A DNA stretch of 64,000 nt from the NCBI RefSeq assembly GCF_031769215.1, contig NW_026782002.1:434001-498000 (forward strand), written 5' to 3'. Origin of the DNA: Ylistrum balloti (lineage: Eukaryota). Below the pieces are notes generated by a model, which worked only from the letters and a program-made list of their open reading frames with translations, was not told the DNA's origin and did not search any database. The stretch's first letter is position 1. Each line of letters opens with the position of its first letter. A program made the translations under genes and the position numbers. This document shows, piece by piece, positions 63,014-64,000 of the stretch.

Positions 63014-64000
63014 AAATATGGTGTCTTCTTGAAGGTCTTCCTCAGCATCAGATCCTCAATTACCAAGTTGTTGCCTGTCAAAAGCTTAAAAAGATGCCTA
63101 AGCAAGTAGATGAAATAATATTTTTGCCAAGTTTGAAATTATTTTTGCCTTGTTTATGTTCCATGAATTATTAATTGGGCTAATGAAATTCAATCAAAAT
63201 TCAATCGTGTCTTTCCCAAGGCTGAAAAAAGAGATTTCTTAACTTTAATGATTTTCAGCTTTGGGAATGAGACAGGAAGTTAAGACTTGGTTAATTGATT
63301 TTAAAACTTCTGATCCAAGATAAAAAAAAAATGTTTAAAATACAGATATTTGCCCTTAATATACATGGAATTGAAACTAAGTACATGTACAATGTACAAG
63401 GTTATTGGGTGCAATACTAGTAGATTTCAACATGTGTTCTGTCGGTAATGAATGAACTAAAGAGTAAAAGTTTTTCCTACTGTAGATATACATACTCTGT
63501 ATAGAATTTGTGTTCATGGACAGAAGTTGGCAGATGTTTTTTTTTTACATGTAATTGTTTTGTGAAGTATGTAGAGTCTGAAAGATTTTTTTTTAAATAC
63601 TGAAGTCATGCATATGTACCGTTGTTTTTACTGGCTTGTATTCAGGTTAACGTCACTTTGTGTAGAACCAGTTCATTATTGTTCTCGCTATGATTTTGAT
63701 CTTGGTTTCTATAGTTAAACTGGTCTCATGTTGTTTTCTGTGATATTGTTGAAGTTAGCATCTTGATCTTATTGCAAACATTTATCGTTTAAACCTTAAT
63801 TGATAATTTCGTATGAGCTCAATATCTGCAATGTTCTTATCATAAACAAACTTTATACTGAAAGAGCAAAAGTATATATATTTGATCAGATTGTAGACTG
63901 TCCTCAGTCAAGACCTAGGAACCTTCAAAACGTTTATGAGGACAATGGTGAAATTAACGCTGGAATTTGATGAATGTTGTTTTATTTACTTGGTCTTCTT

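Overview
AT-rich eukaryotic genomic DNA with spliceosomal GT-AG introns. The repeat types suggest a mollusc, probably a bivalve (inference). Three protein-coding genes were reconstructed by hand with consistent exon phases. (1) A very large NIK/MAP3K14-like kinase (+, CDS 13100-33888, 16 coding exons, about 2186 aa). It has a NIK-type kinase domain, a NIK-like C-terminal ubiquitin-fold domain, a possible TRAF3-binding motif and, unexpectedly, a TAZ-type zinc finger like that of CBP/p300 upstream of the kinase. (2) TEX10/IPI1 (-, CDS 53714-41260, 14 coding exons, about 904 aa). (3) A SWEET/SLC50A1 sugar transporter (+, CDS 57211-63013, 6 coding exons, 216 aa), apparently head-to-head with TEX10 across a short bidirectional promoter. 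Non-coding features include tandem arrays (18, 30, 37, 54 and 60 bp units, plus ~150 and 156 bp units in Helentron-like elements), an 869 bp solo LTR with a 4 bp TSD, tRNA-derived SINEs, MITEs and a 131 nt assembly gap. The most interesting candidate is the TAZ-NIK fusion, together with several possible control layers on the same gene: a STAT-site cluster, uORFs and a candidate poison exon. No database searches were run; all homology calls come from recalled motifs.
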